From contig JAXGZN010000002.1 in NCBI GenBank assembly GCA_040776945.1, positions 544,001-608,000 of the forward strand: a DNA stretch of 64,000 bases, in the 5' to 3' direction. This document shows, piece after piece, positions 30,183 through 39,584 of the stretch (position 1 is its first letter; each line of letters starts with the position of its first letter). The stretch comes from Methanomassiliicoccaceae archaeon (GTDB lineage Archaea; Thermoplasmatota; Thermoplasmata; Methanomassiliicoccales; Methanomassiliicoccaceae). The translations under genes and the position numbers were made by a program. Under the pieces are notes generated by a model. That model did not search any database. It worked only from the letters and a program-made list of their open reading frames with translations, and was not told where the DNA came from.

Positions 30183-30286
30183 AAAATGGGTTGGGGGGAG
30201 GATCGCAATAGCGTGCTGTCCTCCCCCGGTCTTTCTCCTCCTCTCTCGCGTGCGGAAAGGCAGGCCTTCCGCAACGAACTCTCCTC
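30183..30286 (-). ncRNA. Candidate small RNA with two hairpins
   Basis: Minus-strand BRE/TATA CGGATACCC-TTATATAT (TATA 30315-30308); stems 30251-30257/30267-30273 and 30194-30202/30219-30227; U-tracts at the 3' end. Confidence 0.45.
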
Positions 30287-30375
30287 GTAACAAGATTTTA
30301 TGCAACGATATATAAGGGTATCCGACCGTCGTATAAAATGGGGGAGTAAAAGGTTTGGGCGTTCGAATGCTCAGA

Positions 30376-31986
30376 TCAGGCCTGCAGAATGGCGGCCATG
30401 GTCCGGTTGGCCATCTGATCGAAGGTCTCTATCCCGGTTACCTTTCCGGCGTATTCTGAAAGGGCGGCGATGTCGTCCCTCCTAAGATATTCCAGCTTGA
30501 ACTTCCTTGAGCCGGCCATAAGCTGCTTGAGGCCCTCGCCTATCCTATCTTCCATATAGGTGTTCAGACCGACAGCTCCCCACGGAATGCTCTTTCCAAG
30601 CTTCTGGCCAGGGAACCTCCGTTGAAGCTCCGGTGCCTTGACGAAGAAGGTCTCAGGCTCGAAGGTGTACTGGTCGGAGAAGGACTTTGGCAGCTTGCGT
30701 GATTCGGCCAGGCGCGCGAAGTACTCGGACTTCATGACCGCCAGGATGGGAGCGCGGGCCATTCCGATGGCCTTGATCAGGGGGCCATCCCCAAGGTTGC
30801 TCATGGCCATGGACTTGTAGATCTGGGTCTCGTTGGTGAACCCTCCGGCGAACACCAGGTCCGGGACGAAGCGTCCCTGGTCCTTTAAGATCTTGGCGCA
30901 CGCGAGCACCTGGGCCTCCAGATGCACAGTGGGCGTGGACATCTCGTTCATCATGGGGACCGGGGACATCCCGGTGCCGCCGCCCGCGCCGTCGAACGTG
31001 AGCATGTCGATCTTGGCCTCCGACGCCGCCTTCATGGTGAAGGCCACGACCTCGGGGCGATACGCCCCGGTCTTCAGGAACACATGCCTGGCGCCGCTCT
31101 CTCTCAGACCTTCAACGTCCTCAACGAAAGAGCGGTGGTCGGGGAACCCGACCCGGCTGTGCCTTTCGAAGGTCTTGAAACCACCGGACCTGAAGGCCTC
31201 CTGGACCGATGGGTCCTCAGGATCGGGAAGGACGAGATAGCCGCGGCTCTTGAGTTCGATGGCCCGCTCGAGGGAGGAGATCCTTACCTCACCGCCGATG
31301 GCCTTGGCCCCTTGGCCCCACTTGCGCTCGATGATGTTGACCTCGAGCTTGGAGAGAGCATATTGGTCGACGCCCGCGCGGGTGTCCTCCACGTTGGTCT
31401 GGACAGCGATGTCTCCGAACTTCCCGTCCCATAAGGCTCGGAACGAAGAGATCCTGAACTCCAGGTCTGGGGACCGAACGACCTTACCGTCGGAATAGAT
31501 GGAATCGCGGTCCATGCCGCAAACGTTCTCGCCGACGGTCTCGATGATGCCGGAAAGGGCAGAGCCCTTGGCAAGACCGTCCCAGTTCCTTTTCGCCACG
31601 TCAGTGGAGCCTAGGCCTGGAATGACCAAAGGGACCTTTAGCTTGATGGGCCTCTTTGAGCGGCTGGCAACAGTGGTGGTAATGTCGGCGTTCTCGAAGA
31701 ACGCCTTGTCGGGGACCGGCTCGATGCCATGCGCCCCTATGAGCTCAGCAAGGATCTGGAAGTCAGACCAGTCCAGGTGGAAGTCCTTGTTGGAGGCGGC
31801 AGTGCTCTGGCCGAAGTACTCGGTGCTGGGGTAAAGGACCTCCCTTCCCCGGAAGGCGGACTTGCCGACCTCGCACACAGCGGGGCATTCCTCGACACAA
31901 AGAGGGCACATTCCCGACACGGGGCTGATGTCCTCCACTCGCGTTCTTGTTCCGGTCGTTGACCTTGCGTTCTCGATAGATTTCAT
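30376..31986 (-). CDS. FMN-binding glutamate synthase family protein (archaeal stand-alone GltB-like)
   Basis: N-terminal CPLCxxxCxxxCEVG, GLGST, KWGQGAKAIGGEV, DGAGGGTGMSP, AGGF and GMARAP. Confidence 0.88.
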   Translation of the reverse strand: MKSIENARSTTGTRTRVEDISPVSGMCPLCVEECPAVCEVGKSAFRGREVLYPSTEYFGQSTAASNKDFHLDWSDFQILAELIGAHGIEPVPDKAFFENADITTTVASRSKRPIKLKVPLVIPGLGSTDVAKRNWDGLAKGSALSGIIETVGENVCGMDRDSIYSDGKVVRSPDLEFRISSFRALWDGKFGDIAVQTNVEDTRAGVDQYALSKLEVNIIERKWGQGAKAIGGEVRISSLERAIELKSRGYLVLPDPEDPSVQEAFRSGGFKTFERHSRVGFPDHRSFVEDVEGLRESGARHVFLKTGAYRPEVVAFTMKAASEAKIDMLTFDGAGGGTGMSPVPMMNEMSTPTVHLEAQVLACAKILKDQGRFVPDLVFAGGFTNETQIYKSMAMSNLGDGPLIKAIGMARAPILAVMKSEYFARLAESRKLPKSFSDQYTFEPETFFVKAPELQRRFPGQKLGKSIPWGAVGLNTYMEDRIGEGLKQLMAGSRKFKLEYLRRDDIAALSEYAGKVTGIETFDQMANRTMAAILQA

Positions 31987-32049
31987 AGCTTCATCCCCGA
32001 ATCGGAAGTAATCCGTGAGCTGCTATTGTTCGGGAGGTAAGACGGTCGC

Positions 32050-32290
32050 ATTAATAATCATTATCATATTGGCATTATGTTTTATTTGTCTAGTGATATG
32101 CTCTTCATAACAATATATGATTTGTCATAATGTGTTATAGATGTTTGTTCATATCTATTTTCTTTATTTTGATAGACAATAAGCTTATTTTCGGAGTCGA
32201 GACATTCTCTAGACATACCGATGTATAATAAACTAATAAATCGAGAAATGGTCAATATTCTTTGATTTTTTGAACGAATGACGATTGGAC
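32050..32290. promoter_or_regulatory. AT-rich divergent regulatory region with repeated TCATA half-sites
   Basis: Much lower GC than the flanks; minus-strand TATA-like TTATTAAT at 32057-32050; inverted repeats TATG-N5/6-CATA. Confidence 0.55.
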
Positions 32291-32372
32291 CCAAACCATC
32301 GATCGGAAAGCCTAGCCAAAATATTTACGGACGGACGCCATTTTGCGATAAAGGTCCGACTGGGAGCGCAAG

Positions 32373-33302
32373 ATGAAAGAGATCGAGATACAGGACCTAT
32401 GCAAATCCTTCGAGGGACGCGAAGTTCTCAGTCACGTCAGCTTCACAGTGGAAAAGGGCGAGGTGTTTGGATACCTGGGCCCTAACGGGGCAGGTAAGAC
32501 GACCACCATGAGAGTATTGCTCGGCCTATTGCGGCCGACCTCGGGCAAGGCCCTCGTACGTGGTTCCGACCTTGCGGTGGACGATGCGGCGCGTGGTTCC
32601 GTGGGCGTGCTCATGGAGAACGATGGGCTCTACGACAAGCTTACCGCCTGGCAGAACCTCGACTACTATGGAAGGCTATACGGGGTCCGGGAGCGGAGCG
32701 AAAGGACCTCCCAACTGCTCTCTGCGTTCGGATTGGCCGATCGCCGGCATGAGAAGGTGTTCAACCTCTCTAAGGGAATGAGGAGAAAGTTGGGGATCGC
32801 CAGGGCGATCATCCACGATCCAGAGATCCTGTTGCTGGATGAACCGACCTCGGGACTTGACCCCGAGGCCCAGAGGATGGTCAGGGACGTTCTGAAGGAC
32901 CTCTCGCGCCGAGAGAGGATGACAGTGCTGCTGAGCTCTCATAATCTGGACGAGGTCGAGAGGGTCTGCTCAAAGGTCGCGGTAATTAAGCAAGGGAGGT
33001 TGAGGGCCTTTGATACGGTCGAGAACCTTCGGGTGGGCAGAGGGGGCCATGCTTTGACGCTGGTCCTAACCAAGGAGCAGGACGCGACCATGGTCGCCGA
33101 GCTACTGAGGCACGATCCCTCGGTGACCGGAACATCCGTGGATGGTGCTAGAGTGATCATCGACCACGACAATGAGAGCACCTCAGGCATTCTGGCCTCG
33201 GTCGTGCGGGCAGGGGTCGGGATCGAGGAGGCCCTTAAGGCATCGAGGTCCCTGGAAGATGTCTACATGGACCTGGTCAGAGAGCAGGGGACGGGCGCAT
33301 GA
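32373..33302 (+). CDS. ABC-2 exporter ATP-binding subunit
   Basis: GPNGAGKTT, LSKGMRRK, LLLDEPTSGLDP and SSHNL. Confidence 0.93.
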   Translation: MKEIEIQDLCKSFEGREVLSHVSFTVEKGEVFGYLGPNGAGKTTTMRVLLGLLRPTSGKALVRGSDLAVDDAARGSVGVLMENDGLYDKLTAWQNLDYYGRLYGVRERSERTSQLLSAFGLADRRHEKVFNLSKGMRRKLGIARAIIHDPEILLLDEPTSGLDPEAQRMVRDVLKDLSRRERMTVLLSSHNLDEVERVCSKVAVIKQGRLRAFDTVENLRVGRGGHALTLVLTKEQDATMVAELLRHDPSVTGTSVDGARVIIDHDNESTSGILASVVRAGVGIEEALKASRSLEDVYMDLVREQGTGA

Positions 33303-34009
33303 AATTGGAACAAGTTATGATAGTGGCCAGGAAGGAGCTACGAGAGCTTGCCACGAACAAGGGCGCCCTGCTATCGGTCCTTGTGTTCGGAGGACTGTTC
33401 ACCATTACAAGCCTTGGTTCGATCACTGCGTCGGCCGGGAGCGGCGGTTCGTCGATAGAATGGTCCATGATCTATCTTTCCATGTTCATCGGCGTGTTCT
33501 CTGGATTCACCCTATGCGGAACGGTGTTCTTCCGCGAGAAGCAGAGCGGCGTCATCGAGACCTTATTATGTTCACCTTTGGACCTGAGGGCCATATGGCT
33601 CGGGAAGGTGGTGGGCGTCGCGATACCCTCCTACCTCCTCGGCCTGCTCTCCGCCGGCATAATGGCGATGCTGTCATATGCGGCCTTGGGCATTGCGGCC
33701 GCCCCCTCACTGTTGGTGCCGTTCCACCTTTTCATCGTTGCCCCCGCCTTCATAGCATCCGCCATCGGGCTGGTGGGATACGTTCAACTGGCGATGGGCA
33801 TGAGGGAGAACCGAATGGTCAGCATGGGCGTGTTCATCCTGCTCGTGTTCGGCCTCTCCTTGTCCTCGGGAGTGGTCCAGGAGGATTCGACCCTTATGGG
33901 GCAGGTCGTCGTCTCCCTGCTCGTAGGGGCCATGGTGCTGCTGGCATTGTCCTTCGCCCTATCGAAGAGGTTGGACAAGGAGAAGATAATCACATCCATT
34001 CCAGATTGA
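33299..34009 (+). CDS. ABC-2 exporter permease
   Basis: About 6 TM segments; REKQSGVIETLLCSPL...GKV motif; ATGA coupling. Confidence 0.88.
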   Translation: MKLEQVMIVARKELRELATNKGALLSVLVFGGLFTITSLGSITASAGSGGSSIEWSMIYLSMFIGVFSGFTLCGTVFFREKQSGVIETLLCSPLDLRAIWLGKVVGVAIPSYLLGLLSAGIMAMLSYAALGIAAAPSLLVPFHLFIVAPAFIASAIGLVGYVQLAMGMRENRMVSMGVFILLVFGLSLSSGVVQEDSTLMGQVVVSLLVGAMVLLALSFALSKRLDKEKIITSIPD

Positions 34010-34064
34010 TTATTTTTGACGACAATATTATTTATGAATAATCCTTCTGGGTAATGGGAATATT

Positions 34065-34346
34065 ATGGTAGACATCAAGGAGGAAGAAGGCAAGAGCACT
34101 ATGGTCCTCGTGATCGAGACCATAGCAGCGCTGATGACGGCAGCTTTCGGTTTCGTGGCCGCCCTGGCATGGAACCAGGCGATCCAGACCGCTTTGGCAC
34201 AGGTGTTCACGAACCCGGAGGACCCGACAGGGATGTTCATCTATGCCATAGTGATAACCATCGTTGCGGTCATCGCCATCATCCTGATCGGGCGTGTTCT
34301 TGCCAAGTACAAGGCATTGGGGAACAAGAAATCCGGATCGAAGTGA
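34065..34346 (+). CDS. DUF5654-family small membrane protein
   Basis: LMTAAFGFVAALAWNQAI...YAIVITIVAV. Confidence 0.85.
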   Translation: MVDIKEEEGKSTMVLVIETIAALMTAAFGFVAALAWNQAIQTALAQVFTNPEDPTGMFIYAIVITIVAVIAIILIGRVLAKYKALGNKKSGSK

Positions 34347-34452
34347 GTTCGGACCGCAATAAACCGTTTATCCATTTTTTTATTATGTCGCAATGGGCCT
34401 GGCAAAAAGATTATACTCGGCCTTCCGGATAGGGGGCCACTTCGGTGACCCC

Positions 34453-35415
34453 ATGGAGGACAGCTCAAGATTGACCAGCTGGCAGAAGGCCAAGGAGGTC
34501 CTAAGGATCGCTTACACCCTGCCGTTCGTGCTAGCATCCATCGTTGGCGTGGTGTTCGCCCTGACGACCAGGACGGAGCCTCTGATATCGATCCTCATAC
34601 CGATCACCGTCCTGTTCCTTGCCCTGTTCGTTAACTTTTCCAATGATTATTTCGACCACAAGAGCGGGGTGGACAAGCTCCGGTTCAGCTATTATGATGA
34701 TGACCCCGGGCTCAAAGAGGAGATCACAAAGCTGTTCAATCAGAAGGTGTTCTGGTCTGGAAATTCCCTAGATCGAGGCATAATCACCGAGGCTCAAGGG
34801 AAGGTGCTAATGGCCCTACTGGCGATAGGGGCGGTCCTCTTGTCCATACCCATCGTGCTTTACGCCGGATGGCTCGCGGTCGTGCTTGGCCTCATCGGCC
34901 TGGCCCTGGCGTTCTTCTATACCGCTCCCCCCGTCAACCTGGGGGCCAGAGGGCTCGGTGAGGTTGACGTGATGCTGTCGTTCACCATGATTGCCTTCTT
35001 CTCCTATTTCGTGATCGTACAGGAATTCAGCTGGCCCATGCTCTTCCTTTCCATGGCCATCGGCTTCGGGGCGATGCTGATGCGCCTCTCCGACGAAGCG
35101 CCGGGCCATCCATCCCACGTGGCCAAGGGCGAGAAGAACCTTCTGGTACGGTTCGGGATAGAGAATATCATGAGGATAGAGATCGCGATGGTCATCGCCA
35201 TCTACGCCTGCGTCCTGTGCGCCGTGGTGTTCGAGCCGTTCCTGATGGTCCTGTTCCTTGCTCTCCCGATCCCGGTCCGGACACTTAAGGTGATGAAGGG
35301 CGACACCTCTCGCATCCGTCTATGGAGGCCTATCCCCCAGTTCCTCAAGCAGACGATATCCATCGAACTGCTGGCGATCATCGCGTTGATAGCGCGAATC
35401 GCCTTGACATCCTAG
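34453..35415 (+). CDS. UbiA-superfamily prenyltransferase (MenA-like)
   Basis: NDYFDHKSGVD first Asp-rich motif, YTAPP..LGARGLGE and multiple TM segments; ATG after GGTGA. Confidence 0.85.
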   Translation: MEDSSRLTSWQKAKEVLRIAYTLPFVLASIVGVVFALTTRTEPLISILIPITVLFLALFVNFSNDYFDHKSGVDKLRFSYYDDDPGLKEEITKLFNQKVFWSGNSLDRGIITEAQGKVLMALLAIGAVLLSIPIVLYAGWLAVVLGLIGLALAFFYTAPPVNLGARGLGEVDVMLSFTMIAFFSYFVIVQEFSWPMLFLSMAIGFGAMLMRLSDEAPGHPSHVAKGEKNLLVRFGIENIMRIEIAMVIAIYACVLCAVVFEPFLMVLFLALPIPVRTLKVMKGDTSRIRLWRPIPQFLKQTISIELLAIIALIARIALTS

Positions 35416-36310
35416 TGATGGTCTGGACGTTCCCCGCGAGTATGAGACGGTACTCCCGCACCGCGTCGAACCCGCAATGCTTGCAGGACTCGGTCCCTTG
35501 CATGGGACATCCGTAGTGCTTGGAGCCATCGGGCAGGGTGAACGATGATACCCAGTAAGGGCACTTTTTCGAGTAGTCCTCTATGAGAAGCTCTTTCAAC
35601 GCCCGCTCCGTGTTCAGAATGGGCAGCTTCTCCTTTCTTAGCTGCAGCGCCTCATTGACGACCTGGGCCTTCTCCTCCAAGGTGAGGGAGATATCATAAG
35701 GCGGCGGCGTGAGGAAGTTGAGCATCAGCCCCCGAATGCGAGGGTTCGCCTTCACCACCTCCGCGGTCTCTCTCACCTTGTCGAGGTTAGGTCTCATGAC
35801 CACCATGTTTGCGAAAATGTTCGGATGGTCCGTCATTTCCAGGTTGGCCATGAGCTTGTCGTACACACCAGGCCCTCGGATGCGGTCATGCACCTCCCGG
35901 GGGCCGTCAAGGCTGATGGACAGCACATCGCTCTCTTCGAATATCCTCCCGGTCCCGTTGGTGGTATATCCTATCACATAGTAGCCGATTCGGCGCCCCT
36001 CGGCGATGAGGTCCCCGAGCCCCTTGTCCCCATCCCTCCATATCGTGGGCTCTCCACCTTCGAAGAAAAGTATCTTCGCCCCCTTTTCGTACTCCGCCCT
36101 CATCTCCCTCGAGGCAGCGTCGAAGCTCATGGTGCTCCCCTCCTTCGGAATATCCTCCGTGCTCGAGGAGATGGCGCAGTGCTGGCACCTCAGGTTGCAC
36201 GCATAATGGATGATCATGGTGTTGACCAGGGGATGCTTCATCCCGAGCTTGGACCTGAGGAACCAGGACGCATAATAGGTATACTGGCGAAAGGAGCTTG
36301 CTGGAGGCAT
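35378..36310 (-). CDS. Radical SAM protein with C-terminal Cys-rich (DUF3463/HpnH-like) domain
   Basis: CNLRCQHC, EGGEP, TTNG, SISLDG..HDRIRG and C-terminal C..CP..CKHCG. Confidence 0.88.
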   Translation of the reverse strand: MPPASSFRQYTYYASWFLRSKLGMKHPLVNTMIIHYACNLRCQHCAISSSTEDIPKEGSTMSFDAASREMRAEYEKGAKILFFEGGEPTIWRDGDKGLGDLIAEGRRIGYYVIGYTTNGTGRIFEESDVLSISLDGPREVHDRIRGPGVYDKLMANLEMTDHPNIFANMVVMRPNLDKVRETAEVVKANPRIRGLMLNFLTPPPYDISLTLEEKAQVVNEALQLRKEKLPILNTERALKELLIEDYSKKCPYWVSSFTLPDGSKHYGCPMQGTESCKHCGFDAVREYRLILAGNVQTITRMSRRFALSTR

Positions 36311-36640
36311 GCTCGAATGAACGGCCGGGGCGTATTTATGCTTAGCGCGCTCCAATGCGGTTGCCTGGCATGGTCCAGCTTTTAAAGCAAGGGCCGGGAC
36401 GGGAGATATGATCCCATGAGGTCGACCTTCGAGCCCAATGGAGCGCTCCGGGGGGCAAGGGGCTACTCTAGCCATCCTTCCTGGTCGGTCGCCCGATCAT
36501 TAATGAGGCTATGGCCGGCAAGGGAAGGGCCCTGCTCGAGATGGCTTGACAGCGTTCGCCATTCGCTCGATGCGCACAGCGGAAGAACGATCAATGTGAT
36601 GGTCCCTGGAAGCGGAGCTCAAAGTTAGAGGGCATGGAGG

Positions 36641-37786
36641 TCATACCCAGTCAGTGTCTCCCAGCACCAAGTGGCATTGCAGGCCACCTTTCAAAGAGGA
36701 CATGATCTCCTCGGAATCGTCCAATGGCCGGAAAAGGAGCTTCATGGTCCTCTCTTCCGACCCGGTCTGGCGGTGGAGGAACCCGGCCCGGCCGAGGTCC
36801 GGCAGGTAGGGATGATCGCTCGGAAGCCACATCTGCATGATGGTGGACCCTATCTCCCGGCAGACCCTGGCCGCGGACGAGACAAGGGCGCCGATCGCGC
36901 CTTCGTCGCCGACCTCGGCCACCAGGTCCACGATGTCCATGTAGGTCCGCCCCTCGACCGAGTACGGCCTCAGGACGATGAGGCCGGCCGTAGATGGTCC
37001 GCGGCGTGCGAACAAGATGCGGAACTTGCCTCCCCGAGGATCGGAATATCTCCATCGCAAATATTCAACGTCCCTTCGCAGAACGAAAGTGAACGCCTTC
37101 TCGAACCGGAGGACCATCCTCTCGATGTCATCAGGGAAGACCACGCTCTCATAGACCTCCACATCGGGGTCCCTCCTCGCTCGGTCCCCCTTGAGCGTCC
37201 TGAGGCCTCTGTAGGCCATCTTCTTAAGGCCCCCATACCTGACATCGCGGAAGAACCTGTCAGGGTCGGCGATGAGCTCGTAATGTCCCATATTAACCGG
37301 CAGGTCGACGAAACCGGCCTTGCGCAAGACCTTCTCTCCCGCCGCGGATGGGAAGGCGAACTCGACCTCTATCCCCCTGGATTTATTGAGCTGGCGGAGC
37401 ATGAGGACAGCACGGTCCATCAGTCCTTTGTTTCGCATGTCCTCTCGGGTGAGAAGGTCCGAGCATTGCGCCCCCCGGTGGACAGCGCCGCCGATGATAA
37501 GGTCAGTAGGAAGGCTCGCCGCATGCGCGCAGACCCGGCCGCCGCAATCTGCGATCACCTCATTGGTGAAGCCCCGCGGGTTGCGGCCATATCTCCATTG
37601 CCAGAAATCCATTTTGCTCCCCTCATGGGGGAAACCGGGCCATGGCATGGCCCCGGTCATGAGCTCGATGATCCCGGTCACATCTCCCCGGTCCGCGGAC
37701 CTGATCGCCGTATCGGTCAAAGGAACCCCTGCCAGCGCGGACAGGTACGGTCGAAGTTCGTAATAATATGGTCGCTCGACCGCCAT
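36641..37786 (-). CDS. Tandem-GNAT-fold acyltransferase
   Basis: WQWRYGRNP, MRNKGL (acyl-CoA motif A), FAFPS, YLRWRYSDP and GDTDWV C-terminus. Confidence 0.75.
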   Translation of the reverse strand: MAVERPYYYELRPYLSALAGVPLTDTAIRSADRGDVTGIIELMTGAMPWPGFPHEGSKMDFWQWRYGRNPRGFTNEVIADCGGRVCAHAASLPTDLIIGGAVHRGAQCSDLLTREDMRNKGLMDRAVLMLRQLNKSRGIEVEFAFPSAAGEKVLRKAGFVDLPVNMGHYELIADPDRFFRDVRYGGLKKMAYRGLRTLKGDRARRDPDVEVYESVVFPDDIERMVLRFEKAFTFVLRRDVEYLRWRYSDPRGGKFRILFARRGPSTAGLIVLRPYSVEGRTYMDIVDLVAEVGDEGAIGALVSSAARVCREIGSTIMQMWLPSDHPYLPDLGRAGFLHRQTGSEERTMKLLFRPLDDSEEIMSSLKGGLQCHLVLGDTDWV

Positions 37787-37863
37787 GAACGATAGATTGA
37801 TGACCACTCCGATACTATTATACCTTCATCCAGTGTTTTTACAAAAAAACGGGGGTTCACACG

Positions 37864-38394
37864 ATGCCGGACATACGTCAGAGAGTGAGCGAGGACCAAG
37901 GGGTCCTGAAAAAGATCCAGATGTTCATCCCTGGCTTCCGGGGATACCGTCAGAAGGAGGACCTCAGGGACGCCGACCGCATGCTGCGGGACCAACTGGT
38001 AAAAAAGCTATCTCTGCAGCGCAAGCAGGTCGAAGGGGCCAGGAGGCTGGTGAAGAACGCCTACAATTCCAAGGAATTGGAGATGATGGGCGGGATAATC
38101 AGCGCTTACAAGAAGGTGGAAGGCCTGGCATCGCATTCCTCGATGGGGTACTCTGGGATATCCGCCGACATCCAGTTCAAGCAGGACGAGATATTCCGTC
38201 TGTACGATTATGACGCCTCTATGATAGACGGCCTTGCGTTCATGCAGCAGGCCATAGATCAGTTGAAGGCCGCCCTCACTGCAGAGGACGGCCCGAAGGC
38301 GGAGGCGGAGGCCGGACAGCTCCGCGCGCTCATCGACAACTTCGAGGAGCAGTTCAAGCGACGCATGAACGTCATCCAAGGAACGGAGGTCTAG
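37864..38394 (+). CDS. Conserved all-helical hypothetical protein, first gene of the SPFH operon
   Basis: IPGFRGY...DLRDAD..LR, GYSG and LYDYD motifs; amphipathic helices; tightly coupled to the next gene. Confidence 0.8.
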   Translation: MPDIRQRVSEDQGVLKKIQMFIPGFRGYRQKEDLRDADRMLRDQLVKKLSLQRKQVEGARRLVKNAYNSKELEMMGGIISAYKKVEGLASHSSMGYSGISADIQFKQDEIFRLYDYDASMIDGLAFMQQAIDQLKAALTAEDGPKAEAEAGQLRALIDNFEEQFKRRMNVIQGTEV

Positions 38395-38396
38395 AC

Positions 38397-39575
38397 ATGG
38401 TTAAGGTAACGCCGGATAAGGGCGGGGCGCTGAAGGACAGCCTAATCGGTTCGGCCACCTTCAGCTGGGGCGACAGTTCCAACGATATCGAGAAGCGCAA
38501 CAACATCATGTACCGCGTCCCGCGGCTCATCAGGTTCAACGATAACATCGTCGTCCGGGAGGACGAGATAGCGGTGTTCTACCGCGACGGCAAGGCCCTC
38601 GCCTACCTCGACAGGCCCGACCGGTATGCTCTCACCAGCATCAATGCCCCCATCGTGGGCACGATCGTAAAGGCCCTCTCCGGCGTTGTCCAGCAGGCCG
38701 AGGTCGTGTATCTCCAGAAACGCGCCTTCGACGGCAAGTTCGGCTCCAAGCAGCCCTACCAGTTCAGGGACAATGATTTCGGAGTCGTCAATCTCCGGGT
38801 CTTCGGAGAGTTCCGTTACAGGGTCGGTCAGCCCGAGAACTTCGTCAACCAGTTCGTCGGCACGCTCAACTATGCGACCTCCTCGCAGGTGGAGGAACGC
38901 ATCAAAGAGCAGATGGTCATCCTCATCTACAATGTTGTGGGCGAGCTAAAGAACCAGGGCATGGGCGTAGCGGACCTTGCATCCAGCCTCATGAACATCG
39001 AGCAGGGCGTGCTGGAGAAGGCCAAGGACCACTTCGATCTGTACGGCGTCCTGATCGACAAGGTCTCCGGACTGTACATCTCCCTGCCTGAAGAGGTGCA
39101 GAAGGCTGTGGACACCCGTGCCTCGATGCAGGTGCTGGGCACCAACTATATGGGTTATCAGACCGGGCAGGCCATGCGCGAAGCGGCCCAGAACCCTTCG
39201 GGAGGCGCCGCGGGCATCGGCGTTGGGCTGGGAGCGGGAGTTGGAATGGGCTACACCATGATCGATCAGATGAGGCAGCAGCCCGTGAGCGGACCGGCCC
39301 AGCAGCAGGGCGGAGGGACGGCACCCTTCGGCAACACTGTGAAGTGTCCCAAGTGCGGCGCCATGAACCCTCCCAGCAACAAGTTCTGCGCGGAGTGCGG
39401 TACCAAGTTCGAGGCGGACAAGAAGTGTCCCAAGTGCGGCTCCAACGTGCCGGGGGGCTCGAAGTTCTGCCCCGAGTGCGGCAACCCGATGGGGAACAAG
39501 AAGTGTTCCAGCTGCGGAGCGGAGGTGAGCGGAGCTACGAAGTTCTGCCCCGAGTGCGGTAAGCCGATCCAGTGA
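38397..39575 (+). CDS. SPFH (Band_7_1/YdjI-like) protein with three C-terminal Zn ribbons
   Basis: IVVREDEIAVFYRDG, KFGS.QPYQFRD, LRVFGEF, ISLPEEVQKAVD, Gly-rich GIGVGLGAGVGMG and three CxxC..FCxECG repeats. Confidence 0.9.
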   Translation: MVKVTPDKGGALKDSLIGSATFSWGDSSNDIEKRNNIMYRVPRLIRFNDNIVVREDEIAVFYRDGKALAYLDRPDRYALTSINAPIVGTIVKALSGVVQQAEVVYLQKRAFDGKFGSKQPYQFRDNDFGVVNLRVFGEFRYRVGQPENFVNQFVGTLNYATSSQVEERIKEQMVILIYNVVGELKNQGMGVADLASSLMNIEQGVLEKAKDHFDLYGVLIDKVSGLYISLPEEVQKAVDTRASMQVLGTNYMGYQTGQAMREAAQNPSGGAAGIGVGLGAGVGMGYTMIDQMRQQPVSGPAQQQGGGTAPFGNTVKCPKCGAMNPPSNKFCAECGTKFEADKKCPKCGSNVPGGSKFCPECGNPMGNKKCSSCGAEVSGATKFCPECGKPIQ

Positions 39576-39584
39576 GGTCCCCGG

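Noticed and set aside
32050-32290. AT-rich stretch as a replication origin
   Set aside because: No ORB-like repeats with G-strings and no adjacent cdc6/orc1 gene; retained only as a regulatory region.
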